Assembly (NCBI GenBank): GCA_905178155.1
Contig: CAJINV010000004.1
Span: 4,768,518 to 4,832,517 of the forward strand
DNA from: Amoebophrya sp. A120
Lineage: Eukaryota; Protista; Dinoflagellata
Length of the DNA: 64,000 nt
Reading direction: 5' to 3'
Part shown: positions 23,212 through 36,749 of the stretch, in pieces
Layout: every line of letters begins with the position of its first letter
How positions within the stretch are numbered: position 1 is the first letter of the stretch
Made by a program: the position numbers and the translations under genes
The notes under the pieces: model-generated
The model's input: only the letters and a program-made list of their open reading frames with translations
Databases searched by the model: none
What the model was told of the DNA's origin: nothing

Positions 23212-26200
23212 ATGACATCATTCGTAAACTCCACCCGCATGCAGCAGCAGCGACCGCGGCGCACCCGCATGGCGGTGCCGATTCCGCTGGCCGTGGAGCG
23301 CTTCGGTGGCGACGTGGACATGGCAGGGGAGGATGATGATCTACCGGGAGATGAAAATCCACCCGTTGACACAGCACAAAACCCCGCGATCAACGAGTCG
23401 GTGGATACGGTTTTTGCCTCTACTGAGAAGGAAAAACTCCGTTTGTCTTCCGCTGCAGCGGCAGGCTTTGGAGAAGGACTGTTGAAACAAGCGGGAGCAG
23501 CAGCACCGTCATCGTCATCGCGCCAGTTCTTTCTCAGCAACAGCCTGACTCCCGGAGCTCCGCATCAATCAGCACAACAACAACAGCTCCTGAAGGATTC
23601 GACGCGCATGCACCAGTACAACCGGGGATCGCTGAGTGCCACGGTGCTGATGGGATCGACCGCGATCCAGCCTTCCACCATCACTTCCGGAGGGGGAAGT
23701 AACTTTCCGATGAAAAATTCTGACTCAGGCCTCCCTGCTGCAACCGACTTCTTCAGTCCAGACGGCCGGGTGAACAATTTGAACAACCGGGCAGATGACA
23801 ATTTTCTGAGCCGCCAGGTGGATCACCTGCTGGCAGAGCTGTTTACCCGCAACGCAGAGCTGGAGAACTTGAAGAAAAAACTTTACGGTGGGGGATCTTC
23901 CGGGGCAGGTGGTGGCCCAGCAGGTCAACCCGACACCCGAACTTCGACTAAGACGAGCCAGGTGGGTGCTACAGCCGCAGGCGTGCCGATCGGGAAAGAC
24001 CAGCAAGTTGCTGAAGAAGATGAGGAAATTCCCGAGGAACTGTCGTACCAACACCTGCTCCCAATGTCGCCAGAGAATGTCGCAAGAAGTCCTCGCGGCG
24101 CAGCAGGGCGGGACAGCAAATCGAATTCGCCTGGTGACGAGAAAGAAAACACCAAACCACTGTCCGTCTCCGAGCGGGTCGCGGCCTTGGAAGCGAGGCG
24201 GTTACTGAATAAAGACGAGGTAAACCCTGTTGACGGCACGAATTTCACGAAGCTCCAGGCCGTGAAAGCCGAGTCGGAGATGCTGGAGAAATTGAAGATG
24301 AAAAGCCAGATCGAAACCCTGCAGAAGCAAAAGGACGAGATCGCGGCGGAGATGCAGAAAAAAGTTTGTGACACCGAGGACGCAACTAGGACCGCGTTGC
24401 GGGAGCAGCATGAGAAACAGGTGAAGAATTTGCAGGAACGGGCGGAAGAGCAGGAGGGGCAGTGGAAAGTCGAAGAGAAAAACTTGCGGGAAGAGAAATT
24501 GCAATTGCTGGAGAAGGTACATATAGTGTTACTGATGAAGACACTTGCAAACTTGCAAAATTATGCAGCAGCACTTTAACAGTAGCGATATGTTGACGCA
24601 GAGGCCAAGTGGTCTCTTGTTCAACGATAAATCTCCTATTATGTTGCAATTTTACCAACTATCAGGTCACCCTCCTGCAGCAGGAGAAAGACTGGGTGGA
24701 GAAACGACGAGACGCGATCGAGGAAGAAAAAACGGAACTGCATCAGAAATGGCTCCTTGCCGTGAAGGAGGCGGAGGACGCGGAACGCCGGCTGGCGGAC
24801 AGGATCACGAACCACGGGAAGGAGATCCAGGAGTTGGAAGCGGTAAGGAAAGCGGATTTGATGCAGTTTGAGAAACAGATGGAGCAGCACGTGGACAGCG
24901 AGGTGGAAAAATTGACCAATTTCTTCGCAACAGCGGAGAAGAAGAAGTTTCTTGGAACAGAAGGAGGACTACGTGATCCCCTGCGCTTGCTGCACTCAAG
25001 CAGCTTCGAGAAGATTGGAGGAACAACGTCTAGCGGGGCCGGCACTTCAAAGAGGAGCACTGCGGGCCATCATCTTCGAGAAGATGTTGTTGAAAACAAC
25101 AAGCAGAAGACTTCATCTGCCACCTCCGCGAAGAAAAAAGAGATGAGAAGCAGCGATGATAAAAATCCGCTTGCTTCCTCCATCGAGGGCGCGCCCACCG
25201 AGTTGTCCAGCGACTCATCCATGCGATTCAGCTTGGACGCAGACAGCGGTTGTATGGTGGCCAAGTCAGCAAAAAACTCGCACGTCATCTCCACGGGGCA
25301 CACGCAGTGGAGGCCGAAGATGAGAAGTGGAACTAGTAAAAACTCGCAAGCGGAAGATCATTATGAGGAAGCACCAGGGGAGCCAACGCTAGTCAAGGTC
25401 TTCAGCCCCCGTGGTACTTCTGGAGCTGCTGCTGCGTCAACTACATCTCCTGACGAAGATATCGGTGTCGCGACCGAATCACGACTTAATGCCGGCGGCC
25501 CGGGTCTGCAGGTTCAGATCAAACCCGGGGACAAAGTCATCAACCTGAACATTCGAACAACAGGTTCTCAACCAATCCCCGAACCCGTCCTACAACCCCT
25601 GTCCGCAGCCGAGGAGATTGATCTCATCGGGACGAACGGCACTTCGTCGAACACCCTGTTCGGGGAATTTTCCAACAAGGTGCGGTATTTGAGCTCGGGG
25701 CTCGAAGCCTCGGCGGCGACCAAGCGGAATTTCGCGGGCAATTTGGAGCGGAATTTTTATCCTGGGGCAGGGCCGGGTGGTCTTTTGGGTGTCGGCGATC
25801 CAGATGGGGGCATGGAGGAGGAAGTGATCGGCGGAAGTAGTGCAGACGAGGATCCTGAAAATAACAAAGGAATAACGACCTCGGGCACAACTGCACAGCC
25901 ACAGTTTCTCTTCGCGTCAGATGCCGCAGCAGGAGGCTGGCCCAGCAGGCCAGAATTCGTTTCGTCGTCATTTTCGGCGTCTTCATCGAGACCCAGGCCG
26001 GCGCAAATACATGGTCAATCAGTGACGAAGCAAGAGGTGGATGATTTTTTGGGAAAGATAAACCAAGCGAGCCCGATCAAAAAGTTTTCCGACAGCGACG
26101 ATTTCTACCGGCGAAGAGCAGATCCCGTGTCCAACTCGTGGTTGCCGAATAAACATCAAACTACCGCTGGCGCTCAACATCTAACTCCGAAGCAGTTTTT

Positions 26201-27657
26201 AGACGAGTTTCTGAACAACAAGCAGGAAAGCAAGAATTCGTCCGCGAGTATGTCGGCGTCTGAATTGGAGGAAGAGCTGACGTTTGAAAAGTACAAACTG
26301 AAAAAGGAACAGGCGGAGAGAAAACAGAAACACACAACTACAGCAGCACATAGTGCAGCCACATCATCCTCCGCTGGAGTTGTTGTTCCTGATGCATACC
26401 GCCTTTCCGGGTCATACGAGCTCCCGTCTAGCTCGCGACACGTTTCTTTAACGGAGAATTACAACAGCAGGGGTGTGTTCGCGACGACAACAGCGACGAC
26501 TCTAGAAGAAGACGTGAAGAGCTGCTTCTTGGCGAGAAAAAACAAGCAAGCCACAGCAAAAACATCAACCGGAGGACAGACTACAAGCGGCACCACTCCC
26601 ACGACGTCAGCAACTACACGCACAACAACTACAACTTCCGGCGGGGGCTTGAAGACCCGAGAGCCCGGGTTTGTTGTCACTCGCACGACACAGCACCATC
26701 GTCCCGATTCGCCGTCTCTGAAACAACGAGCCGCCGCTGCGGCTGCTAGTCAACACGCTTCATCTGCTGGCGCGAGTAACAACAAGTCCACGAATGAGGC
26801 GCGCATTGAAAAATTGAGGCAGGAGCTGGAAGAGGACATTGCGAGGATAAGGTCCACCACGAACGTCTCCCAGGATTGCGATTCGAGCAATGTACAGAGT
26901 CTGATGCGGGAGATCGACGCGGATGTCGCGCGGCTGCGGACGGAGCGGGGGGAAGGGAGTGTTGGGAGCGGCATAATTGGACCACAGACGGCGGGAAGTG
27001 CGGCGGTAATATTTCAAGAACATCAACATCGCAACTCGAACTCCACACAGCATAACAAAGCAGCTGCTGGACATACATCTTCCGCATCTTCCAGTGCGGT
27101 ACTCGCGTCGAACAAGCAGACTTCTGTCACCGTCGCCACGGTGGAACTCCAGGAGCCGTCGACGTCCCACCTGTCTAGCGGGTTGGGGACTATACCGGAC
27201 GAACCTGCGCAAGCAGCGTCAGCTTCTTCCGGTGGCGGCGCCGCGACAACTAGTACACAACAGCACCATCACGGCTTCACGTTTGGGAACGACTTAGTCG
27301 GTGTGGACAATTTGAGTGTCTCCTCCATCGGGCATATCTCGCAGGAGATTTCGGACGTTCTTCCGGATGACATCTCGGGCGATATCACAGCAAAAAGTGT
27401 TAACGTTAACGGAATTTGTGATGCAGCAATGCATCGCAAGGCATAAAGATAAACATGCCAAAACTTGTAATGCATAGCATGCATATTGGGCTACATTTGT
27501 GATGCATGACTGCAATCTGTGAAAAGCGTTAACGTTAAGACTTTTCCTTGTGATAGGCGACCTCGTCCCGGAAGAGGACAGTGGGCAGGGGGCAACGCGG
27601 AGTCGCGTGGCGGCGTTGGAGAGAGAACTGGACAAAATTCTCACGGAAAAGGTTTGA
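23212..27657 (+). CDS. Large coiled-coil / low-complexity protein of unknown function
   Basis: ORFs 23116 and 24609 are joined by GT-AG intron 24517-24665. E/K/Q heptad-rich segments. TIR insert 27383-27555 precedes the last exon (..DISGD|LVPEEDS..KV*). Confidence 0.7.
27383..27555. mobile_element. Introner-like element, family D (173 bp), TSD GGCGA
   Basis: Close copy of 9225-9391, sharing ATTGGGCTACATTTGTGATGCATGACTGCAATCTGTGAAAA. Confidence 0.95.
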
Positions 27658-28949
27658 GATAGAATGTTGACATGGGTTTTCACCTGTTGCTCATGGAGTT
27701 GATGTAGAGGAAGGGCGTTGTACTACGCGCAAACAGTACATCAAGATCATCTCGTATAGTGGACTCCTCCTCCACCTCGGCTCTCTATAGTGGAAGATCC
27801 GAGCGGACACGATGAGGAACCACCTCTCAAGATCTTCACCAGGCTCAGGAGTGTTGCTAAAATGTCAGTGCGGTAGTTGTATGTCCGGAGATTTCCGCTC
27901 CTGGTTCTTTTCCTGCGCCAGCTCGTTCTAACTAAAGTAGATCGCAAAAACTAAGACGAGCCAAACCGGAAACACATTCCTCATTCGCAGTTGCTTGTGG
28001 AGGACAGCACATTCGTCACGCGAGATCTTCCACGATCACTATTTGAAGTATGAGGGGTAGATGTAGCGAACAAAGACAAACGATGAAGTCGAAAGATATT
28101 TGAATGAAAAACACGAGCAAAGACCTTGGTAAGTAGCCGACGCGCACACGCGTTTTATTTGCGATTTGCGCTCATGATGATGAGGTGCTATTCGCTGACG
28201 ATCAAGATATAAACTTTTATTGTCCAACAGCTTACATGAAGTAGCTGGAATGAACAAGAACACGGAAAACGAAAAGCAAATTCCAGCACACTTACCTGCT
28301 GGAACTGTTCTCGCCTTGCTGCACTGTGAGATTGATTGTTTCCTTCCCACCAAATGAAAAATTATTCTCCACAGTCGAAAAGGAAAAGCTATAAAGAAAA
28401 ATGAAAATTCTTGCAATTGTGCACGTTTTTTTTCAAGAAACCAATATAAGATCTTCACACAGACCAAATTGATGAGTTGCGCTTAAGCTTCAACACGCAT
28501 CTTTTTATTTTGACGCACATCTATAGCACTAGCAGCGCAGCAGACAGCACTATCTAAGTATCTACTAGCGCAGCTATAGAATATCTTTATGGATGAACAC
28601 GACAAATAGCATTAACAGAGTGGAAAGCGATTTCTTTATCTAGGTTACTAGCGGTATCGTCTTCAGCATCTGACTCTTACGACAAGCGATGAAAATACGA
28701 TTTCAAGAATGAGTAAACGAATAGAAATGCCCTAAAGAACCTAAGTAACCTAACCAACGCTAAGTCATCAACAGAACGATAATATTTATTTCGGACACGA
28801 TATCGATATGCACCGCCACCGCCGGTGAATCAATCAAAAAGAAGGCAAATCAGTTGATATTTACGCCAGGAGGTTTTCTCCAATTTTTTGTCTCAAAAAA
28901 CCACAAAATGACCGAACAGCGATTGCATTTGTACTCTGGCGCGCCAAAA

Positions 28950-31900
28950 ATGAGAATTGTAGCGTTCGCACTGGTGTTCGCCCACTCCGCCGCGATCGCC
29001 GGAGGATTATCACTCAGAAGGACCGTAGGAGTTCCCTCCACGCGCGGAGATGGGAGTGTGGGCACCGCAGCGAGTGCAGATAAGAGAAAAAATCCCATTA
29101 CAAGCACAACGTCTCCTTTGAGAACTTCCGTCGACCCGCTTTCACTAGCAGGCTCTAGCACGACCGGCGGTTCGGCGGTACAGTCCTTGCACGACGTTTC
29201 CGCACCCTCCCGACCACCGGACAACAACATCACAGCGCAGCCTTCTTTTGTGAGATCCCCCACCAGCAGAGGAACTTCCAGCACAAACCCGCTGCAACTC
29301 CAACTGCAGGATCAGCCGGCGTCGACCCAGTTCCAGTCGCCGGATCATGCAGCACAACAACTGGCAGCCGTGTGCAGCAGTGCCGGAGCAATTGCAACCG
29401 CAGAGGCGAATCCGAATCCCAGCGCCAGCGGGGGCCAACACAGCTTCACCCTGATGGCGAGCCTCTTTGAAACTGTGCTCGCCCAGGCCGGTAGCGCACG
29501 AATGCCGCAAATCCCAACGATGAGCGTGAAACAGATGCAGCGGCTAGTGACGCACAGCTGCTACACACTTCTACGCCGAATGCAGCACCAACAGAGCGCC
29601 GGCTCGTCTTCCCCAGGAGCTGCACCTGGACATCAACAAGCAGAAGAGCCTTCAAGTGATCATTCCGAACAGCAGCGCACGCCTGTAGTCGGCGGCACCA
29701 CGACGACAGCTGCGACCGATGGAGCATCAAGCTTCGCAGGTGGAGCTGCAGCATCTGCTTCCGCATCTTCCCCACGTCGTGTTTCTGCCAGTGCCTTCGG
29801 GTCTGCGTCTTCATCAGGAGGTAGTTCTTCCGCGTCGTCCGACCGAAGCCCCACGTCTAGTACCCCCACACCTGCAGGCGTTGGCGCCGCGTTGCAGTTC
29901 CTTCTCGGTGTGGCGCAGGGTCTGCGTGGCGGAGGTGCCCCACCTAAGCCTTCCAAATCCTCCTCGTCCCGTCGGTCCGGCAAGAGAAGTAGTAGACCAC
30001 GCGTGCCTTCCCCGCCGGACGGGGGACCCTTGAAGCGCGTAGAACAAGTGGACGGGGGTCTGGCGAGCTTGGGGCCGTACGCAGCTCGGGCCGAAGAACC
30101 GGAACTCCTGAAGGGCGCCAGCAGTAGTGGTCTTTCCAGGGCGGGCAAGGGGATGCACAAGTCAAAGTCTTCCAGTAGTGTGAGTTGTAATCTGGCTGGT
30201 TTAGCTACAACTAGCGACGATGAGGAACAGTGTGGCAGCCGCGGCAGGCACCACCGGATGAACTCACCACCTGGACGAGGGACTAGCGCTGGCGGCAGCG
30301 GCGCGGCCGAAGTGGAGCCTCGCCCTCACTTCTCACCGCCTGACCGGTCTCGCAGTTCGTCTAGCACAAGCTTTGGAAGCGGAGTTTCCTCCCCGACGAG
30401 AGGCTCAAGCTCGCCTTTGACCGCATCCCCCTTGCGACAGTTTTCGGGTGGCAGCGGGGATAGGGGTACTGCGTCGGGATTTTCACCTCAGGGGTTGGGA
30501 CCAACAAGGTAGTATACTGCGCTTCGGCTATGAAAGATGGAGCGCAACTTTAGTGTTAGGCAAAATACAACTCAGGCGCATCGATCTTAAAACGCTCTAT
30601 GATGATCGTCTTCGTTGTTCCGTCATGTTGATGTAGTTGGTCGTGGTTTCAATTTTATCAAATTTTGATCTTCCCCCGAATAGTGATCACATGACAAGAT
30701 GGATATCACGATATGGTTATCTCAACGACAAAATTACATCACAGCGGCAGTGCGGCCAAGGACGATGAGCACTTGCTTCGAGACTTTGTTCTTCAGCCCG
30801 CTTCCGCCGACCCAAAAATGCAAGAGGAGGATCTGAAGATATTGCAGAACGAGATTGAGGCGGCGCTGCACGAGTCGCTTTTGGCAGTTACACAGTCTCC
30901 AGTCGAAGGACTAGGAAGCCCGGCGGGCGGTGCTGCACCCACATCTTCTCCGACTGCGGCATCGTTCAGCGACTCCTCGTCCGGCGATCCGGATAGCTTT
31001 CGCAGACGCGGTAGTTTGAATCAATTCTCCACCCTACAACGGTCCTTCTCTTCCGGACATGAGCTATTCAGGATTGAAGAAGAGGGGGCGCACTGCAGTT
31101 CCACATCCGCGTTCGCTTCTGAAGGTGATGCCTTTCAGCATCCCAGTGGGGAACTTGTTGGAGGCGGAGGTGCAACTAGTCCTAGTACTAGTGGGAATTG
31201 TGCTAGTACTTCTGCCTCGCGGGTCGTGGATGATGTTGTTCAGGACGTGAAAATGCTAGGATTACCAGTGCTGCCGGGAGACGGAGATCATGTTAAGGGA
31301 GATTTTCGCGACGGTTCCGAAGATGACGGCTCGTTCTTCTCCGAGGATGACAGAAGTAGAGCCGCTTCTCCTTGTTCAGCGGTTCAAGCTCCAGGTTTTT
31401 GGTACAATAATTACCGTGGAGGTCCTGGCGGAAGTACTTCTAGATCCAGGGGCCATGGGAGTACAACTTCGAAATCACGACTCGCCGAACACAGACGCAT
31501 GCGCAAGATCCCGCCGTCCTCGCAAAAGATTTCTGAAAGTACTAGCGACGAAGACTGCGAAGAAGAACTACAGGTGGAACAAGACGGAGGACAAGTGCGG
31601 CGCACCATCCGTGAAGTAGAAGACCCCGGGGCGATTTTTGTGTGCCAGACACCCATGCCGGACGTGCTTGACCACGCGCCGGGGAAGGTTCTTGGGCAGA
31701 TGTCGTTTCTGCACCGAGGAGGAGATCCACTTCCGCAGCGAAAACCATCTTCCTCTTCCCTCGCCACGACGACAACACTATTTCATCGCGAGAACAGCAC
31801 TCTTTCAAGAACGGGCAGCACCGGAAGTGCTGCCAGTGGCAGTCACACTGGACTGTCGGATCTCGTCTCGATTGCCAATGACGCGAGTATAGGACCGCCG

Positions 31901-32020
31901 CACGAGGAGGACGTGCCACCGTTCTACTTTTCTACAGGAGCAGCTGCGTCAGAGCACCAGGGGCCGTATGTGAAACAGGAGGTGCGTGGCGAAGGGACCA
32001 TTTCCAGTGGTCCGCAATAA
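28950..32020 (+). CDS. Ser/Gly-rich protein with putative signal peptide, unknown function
   Basis: Hydrophobic N-terminus MRIVAFALVFAHSAAIAGG. ORFs 28854 and 30713 are joined in frame by GT-AG intron 30509-30744. Confidence 0.65.
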
Positions 32021-34930
32021 AAATGATAGATTTATTTCTCAGATCATGATCAGCAAATAAGAATAACACAAAATTAAAAAGAAAAAGTGAGAGTGGTACT
32101 AGAACCCTCTGTGTGCGGCCGTCTCTGGATAAAGTCTTGGAACGTTACGCGGTGGCAAGGCGGGTCTGTCTACTTATTGTTTCACATGCTACAAACCACA
32201 CCAGCGGGACGACTTTCCTAGACCAAGAACGGCGACACGCATGAACAAAATAATGATTCCATGGAACTATAATAGAACGAAACCTCAGCGCCACATTGGG
32301 ATTCATTATTACCAGGAACAAGTACTAGCATTATAGTTTTTGAAGGTTCTTCTACAAATATGAAATCAAATATCCTGATGCAGAGCAGGCGGCGGCTGCA
32401 TTTACATATACATAGTACTCGAGCATAATTGCGGAGCAGTCTTTTGTTTCTGTATACCATGGTGATCAGTTGAACTTGCTTCGGGTTCTGATCGCGTCGA
32501 CAGTCGGCCAGAGGCGGACGGCTGGCGTAAGTATCCGTGTGATATTTTTACACATCAATTCACTAGAAGTAGAGCAGGCGGCCTCTTCTTTGTTGTATAT
32601 TTTTACATAAAAATTCGATGACACTCAGAAAGTCGCTTGCAATCGATCGACTAAAAAACGTGACAGATGAGGACTAGGAAGTAAGCAGCGGAAGAAACAC
32701 TACATCTAGAATGCGAGCCCGAGCGCGAATTCGTGTATGATCTTGTAGCGTTCAGGTGAATAAGTAGGAATACTCAGGCAGCAAGAACCCAAAAATGAGA
32801 AATGACACAATTAGCGCAAATACCATTCGCGGCAGTACTTTATTTCTGGATACGAACTGACGCCGACAAGCCGCGCGCTTTGGTTCTATCTTAGAGGCAG
32901 GAAAGCAGCTTACTTCTCTGACGTGGTCTTCGTTTTAGCTCTCTTTTCTTTAATAAAACTTGATAGTTGATACGAGTTTTTGTTTTGGTCTTCCTTCTCT
33001 GGTGCGTAGAGTTACGGGAGTACTGTATCTGTGCCTGTTATTGACATTTTCTTCGGTAGTTTTCGACGTGTGATCTCGGCTAAAAAAAGAAAAAGGCTAA
33101 AAACCAGTCCAAATGAGAATTCCGTAAGATCTTTATATTTGCGGCGTGGATGCAGCAGCAAATGCTCATTCTCGGCCGTTCTAAACAATAAAAATTGTAA
33201 AGTAAGTATTCCATCGTTCTTTGCTTTTTCTTTTCTTTCTGACTGACTTTTCTTGTGCGTCTACAGTAATAACTTGATGGAACTTTTCCAATAAAAAAGT
33301 TCAAAGTATTTGGTTACTTTGTCCTTAGAATTTTCCCGAGGTCTCGTTGCGCAAGTTCCTTCTAGTGAGTCTTTCACCAATTAGTACAGTCTGCATGTGC
33401 TAGCTGACGGCGACGCCGGATGTAGCTCTACTTCATAATTGCTTTAGCGTAGCTACACCAACATCAACATGACCATTGTCATGTCTTGATATCATGTGAA
33501 GGTATCGTTCTCGCTTTTCCTTTTACCATCGACATTGCTTGCTCCTGCCCTCTTGCTCTTGCGAAAACGAATTGTTCGTAATTATAATTTTCATCATACC
33601 GCGTCTATTTCTAAAACTAAAAGAAGTTTTGACCACGCTTCGCGAATGTTTTGACTTCTTGAGCGAACAAAAGTGGTGGTCCCTTTGAAGAAAATACTTA
33701 CTTATTTGATTTCTCCGCCATCTTTCAAAAAGCCAATAGGCATCCAGTTCCAGGCATCTTATGAAAATTGTGTGTAGATGTAGATCCTACTTTCAAGCTC
33801 CCCGCCAGTGCGGGAATTATTTTTTCAAAGCGATGCTTTTGCGCCTTGACAGCGTGTTATTGCACGTTCCTCTTCGGCGTTTCAATTCCACTCGTTCCGT
33901 AGCTCTTTTGAAAAGAAGACCGACGAAAGCTAGAAAGTCTATGCGTTTCATTTTTCAAAATCGGTTTCAGTTTATTCTTGTTTAAAGAAGAAAAAAATGT
34001 CACGATATTGTTAGGTTTTGCAAGTGACAACAGCGCGCACGACTCCACAGGCCCTAATTTTTTGAAATATTCTAGCACCGACTAACGCAAGAAAAGGACA
34101 TGCTCCTCACTGTACAAAGTCTGAACAACTTTCGACTTCTTTTTACTTAAAGAATATAGCCACCGCCACCTCCGCTATTAACTAAGCGATTGCATTTGCT
34201 CCGACGTGCTTACCCCATTGAGAACAAAGAACCTTTCCGCTTACACTGCTAGATCTTGTGCGTCAACGTCTTCCTCTCGCCGGACAGAAACTACTCGTAA
34301 AAATCGTGGTCTAGACACGATGAAGCAAAAATTTTCCCGGGGGAACGCGCTCGACGAGGACTCGCAAATAAACGAATGGAATACAACATCGAAATAATCT
34401 TCCTAATAAATGAACCAATACAAATCGTTTTCAACTTTTTTTCTCTTCTGCTGAAAAAGACATACAATAGAATCTCAAAACTTACCAAGGAACAACTCGA
34501 CGGACGACGAAATGATGACAGAGTAGAAGGGAGGTTCGCCGTGTTTTGTCTTTGCTTGTTGCTGAAGTGCGGCTTGCTTTCGCTCGTATTTGTCGTGTCT
34601 GATCTCCTTGCTTCGCAACCGCGATAGCGCGTACTAGCATCCGTCTTCACTGATGCTGATTGTCGCATTTACCACAAAAGAGATCTGCACTGTTGCCCGC
34701 TCCGCTCTATCAAACAAGTATGGATTTATTTTTCTGCTGGTGGTCAACAATACAACGTCGCTGCGCTACTTTTTTAAATCAATGCGTTTCTTGTACTTAC
34801 TCGAAGATCAGATATTGCTGTAGCGGCTGCGACCTATGCGAATTGATCAGAGTTGAAAATTGGGTTTCGTCGTCTCAACCCGACACAATTGCTTTTTCAA
34901 AGCCACTCTTCTTCCCTCCGATAAAAATGA

Positions 34931-36343
34931 ATGATGCCACCTCCAGTTGTCTCTCCTCCTCCTCCTCCTCCCACTCGTCTCTTGCTTTTCACGCGAACGG
35001 AAAGCGAGATTTTGTCCCGACTGCTGGTCTGGATTCAGCATTACAAGGCGGCGGTGGTGCCGGGTCTGGAAGTTTTGGTCCTGACCGCGGGCGATGTGCC
35101 AGTGAGAAATGCAGACAACACTTTGTTCCAGGAGACTCAAGGACAAAGAACACAAGCAGGAACTTCTACACGACAGGCGGTACCAGTAGAGGCAGCGGCT
35201 CTTACGACCGCGCATACCGGTGTAGTAGAAGAAGTGGACCAGAACAGACATGCAACTACTTCTTCTCAGGAGCATCAAATAACGTCGTCTTCTGGCAGCG
35301 GCTGCATGAGCGCCGCGGCCTCGGTGTCCACGCCGAAAAATCTCCTTGCGGCGAACCAAGATTTTCTCTTCGACGGCTGGTTAGTGCAGGAGCAAGCGGC
35401 GGTAAAGCGCAAAGACGTGGCGACGCGGTGCGCAGAATTCCAGCCCGACTTTATCGTGTCCGTCTTGTATCCGAAGAAAATTCAACTTGAGGTACCACTT
35501 ACTACGTACAAAATTTGTTTGCCGGAAAAATCTTACTTAATTTGTCACGCAAAATTTGTAAATAAGACTAGATCGTCTAGTACGCCGCAGCACTTGACGT
35601 TGATGCACAGTCATGTGCTCTACTATTCCTCTCAGGTCCTCCAGCTCGTTCCGGAAGGGCTCGCGGTCAACCTGCACCCGTCCCTCCTTCCAAAGCACCG
35701 GGGCAGCCTGTGCCAGTTCTGGCCGATATTCGAAGGCGACAAGGAATCTGGCGTGACCGTGCACGAGATGCTGGAGCGGTTCGACAGCGGCCCCATTTAC
35801 CACCAGCACGCAATCCCGATATCGGAGGGGATCGAGACGGCGCTCTCCCTGAACCGGAAAATTCTCCACGCACTGGAGCTCTGTTTCGATTGGACGCTGC
35901 AACTATTTTTCGCGGAGGAGGTGGGGGGCAGGATACGGGGGGCTGCAGCAGGTGACGAGGAAGTACAAGGAGATAGAGAAACCGTTGGTCTACAAGTTGA
36001 AGTTGATATTAGGAATCAAGTTAAAGCAGAGAAAGTCGCGAGGATACAGCAGGCACGGACCGCGACGGTGGAGCTAGATGAGCAGAAGTACCCGTACCAC
36101 TACAAGCGCTTTCCAGAGGACGGGATCGTCAACGAAAAGTGGGACCGGCGTCAGAAAGACCGCTTCATCCGGGCCATGTACTTTCCGCCAAAACCCCCGG
36201 CGAGGGTGCGCATAGTGGTGTCTGGGAATAAAGTTGAGGCGGGAGAGGTGGTGACCACGTTGCGCGGTGTAGATTCGCTAAGCGAGTATGATCAGTTGCG
36301 AAGAGCAGGCGGCGTTCCTGGACTGGTGGGCGCAGGAAGTTGA
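34931..36343 (+). CDS. Formyltransferase (Formyl_trans_N; FMT / sugar N-formyltransferase-like)
   Basis: PDFIVSVLYPKKI..AVNLHPSLLPKHRG..WPIFEGDKESGVTVHEMLERFDSGPI catalytic motifs and C-terminal DRFIRAMYFPP. Probable in-frame GT-AG intron 35492-35635. Confidence 0.85.
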   Translation: MMPPPVVSPPPPPPTRLLLFTRTESEILSRLLVWIQHYKAAVVPGLEVLVLTAGDVPVRNADNTLFQETQGQRTQAGTSTRQAVPVEAAALTTAHTGVVEEVDQNRHATTSSQEHQITSSSGSGCMSAAASVSTPKNLLAANQDFLFDGWLVQEQAAVKRKDVATRCAEFQPDFIVSVLYPKKIQLEVPLTTYKICLPEKSYLICHAKFVNKTRSSSTPQHLTLMHSHVLYYSSQVLQLVPEGLAVNLHPSLLPKHRGSLCQFWPIFEGDKESGVTVHEMLERFDSGPIYHQHAIPISEGIETALSLNRKILHALELCFDWTLQLFFAEEVGGRIRGAAAGDEEVQGDRETVGLQVEVDIRNQVKAEKVARIQQARTATVELDEQKYPYHYKRFPEDGIVNEKWDRRQKDRFIRAMYFPPKPPARVRIVVSGNKVEAGEVVTTLRGVDSLSEYDQLRRAGGVPGLVGAGS

Positions 36344-36749
36344 TAACGAGGGGCTGCGCCGGCGCACCAAACGTGATTCGGCTTCCAACCCAAAGCGCGT
36401 TCCACTTTCGATGTGTTGCAATATGAGTCCGAAGAGAAGATTGCAAGACCCATGTCGATGCATCGAGGACTCACACACAAGGCTTGGCACCTTCTGGAAC
36501 TGAGAAGTGTAGAGATGTGTGCTCTCGTAAAAAAATGACGAACTTCAAGAAATCGAAGGTGCCAGCAGAAGTACGTAGTTGTAGACAGGCATGCCATGAT
36601 CTTGTCTTGGCTTCGGCTTGCTCTTGCGTGTCGCGTAAAGTTGAGTTGTTCGTCAGCCGATCAACCAGGCGCTACCAGCGGGAACAAAAAAATAAAATCG
36701 ATCGTGTTGTGGAAATACATCGCGCGAAGACTAGAATGCGTGCGCAGCT

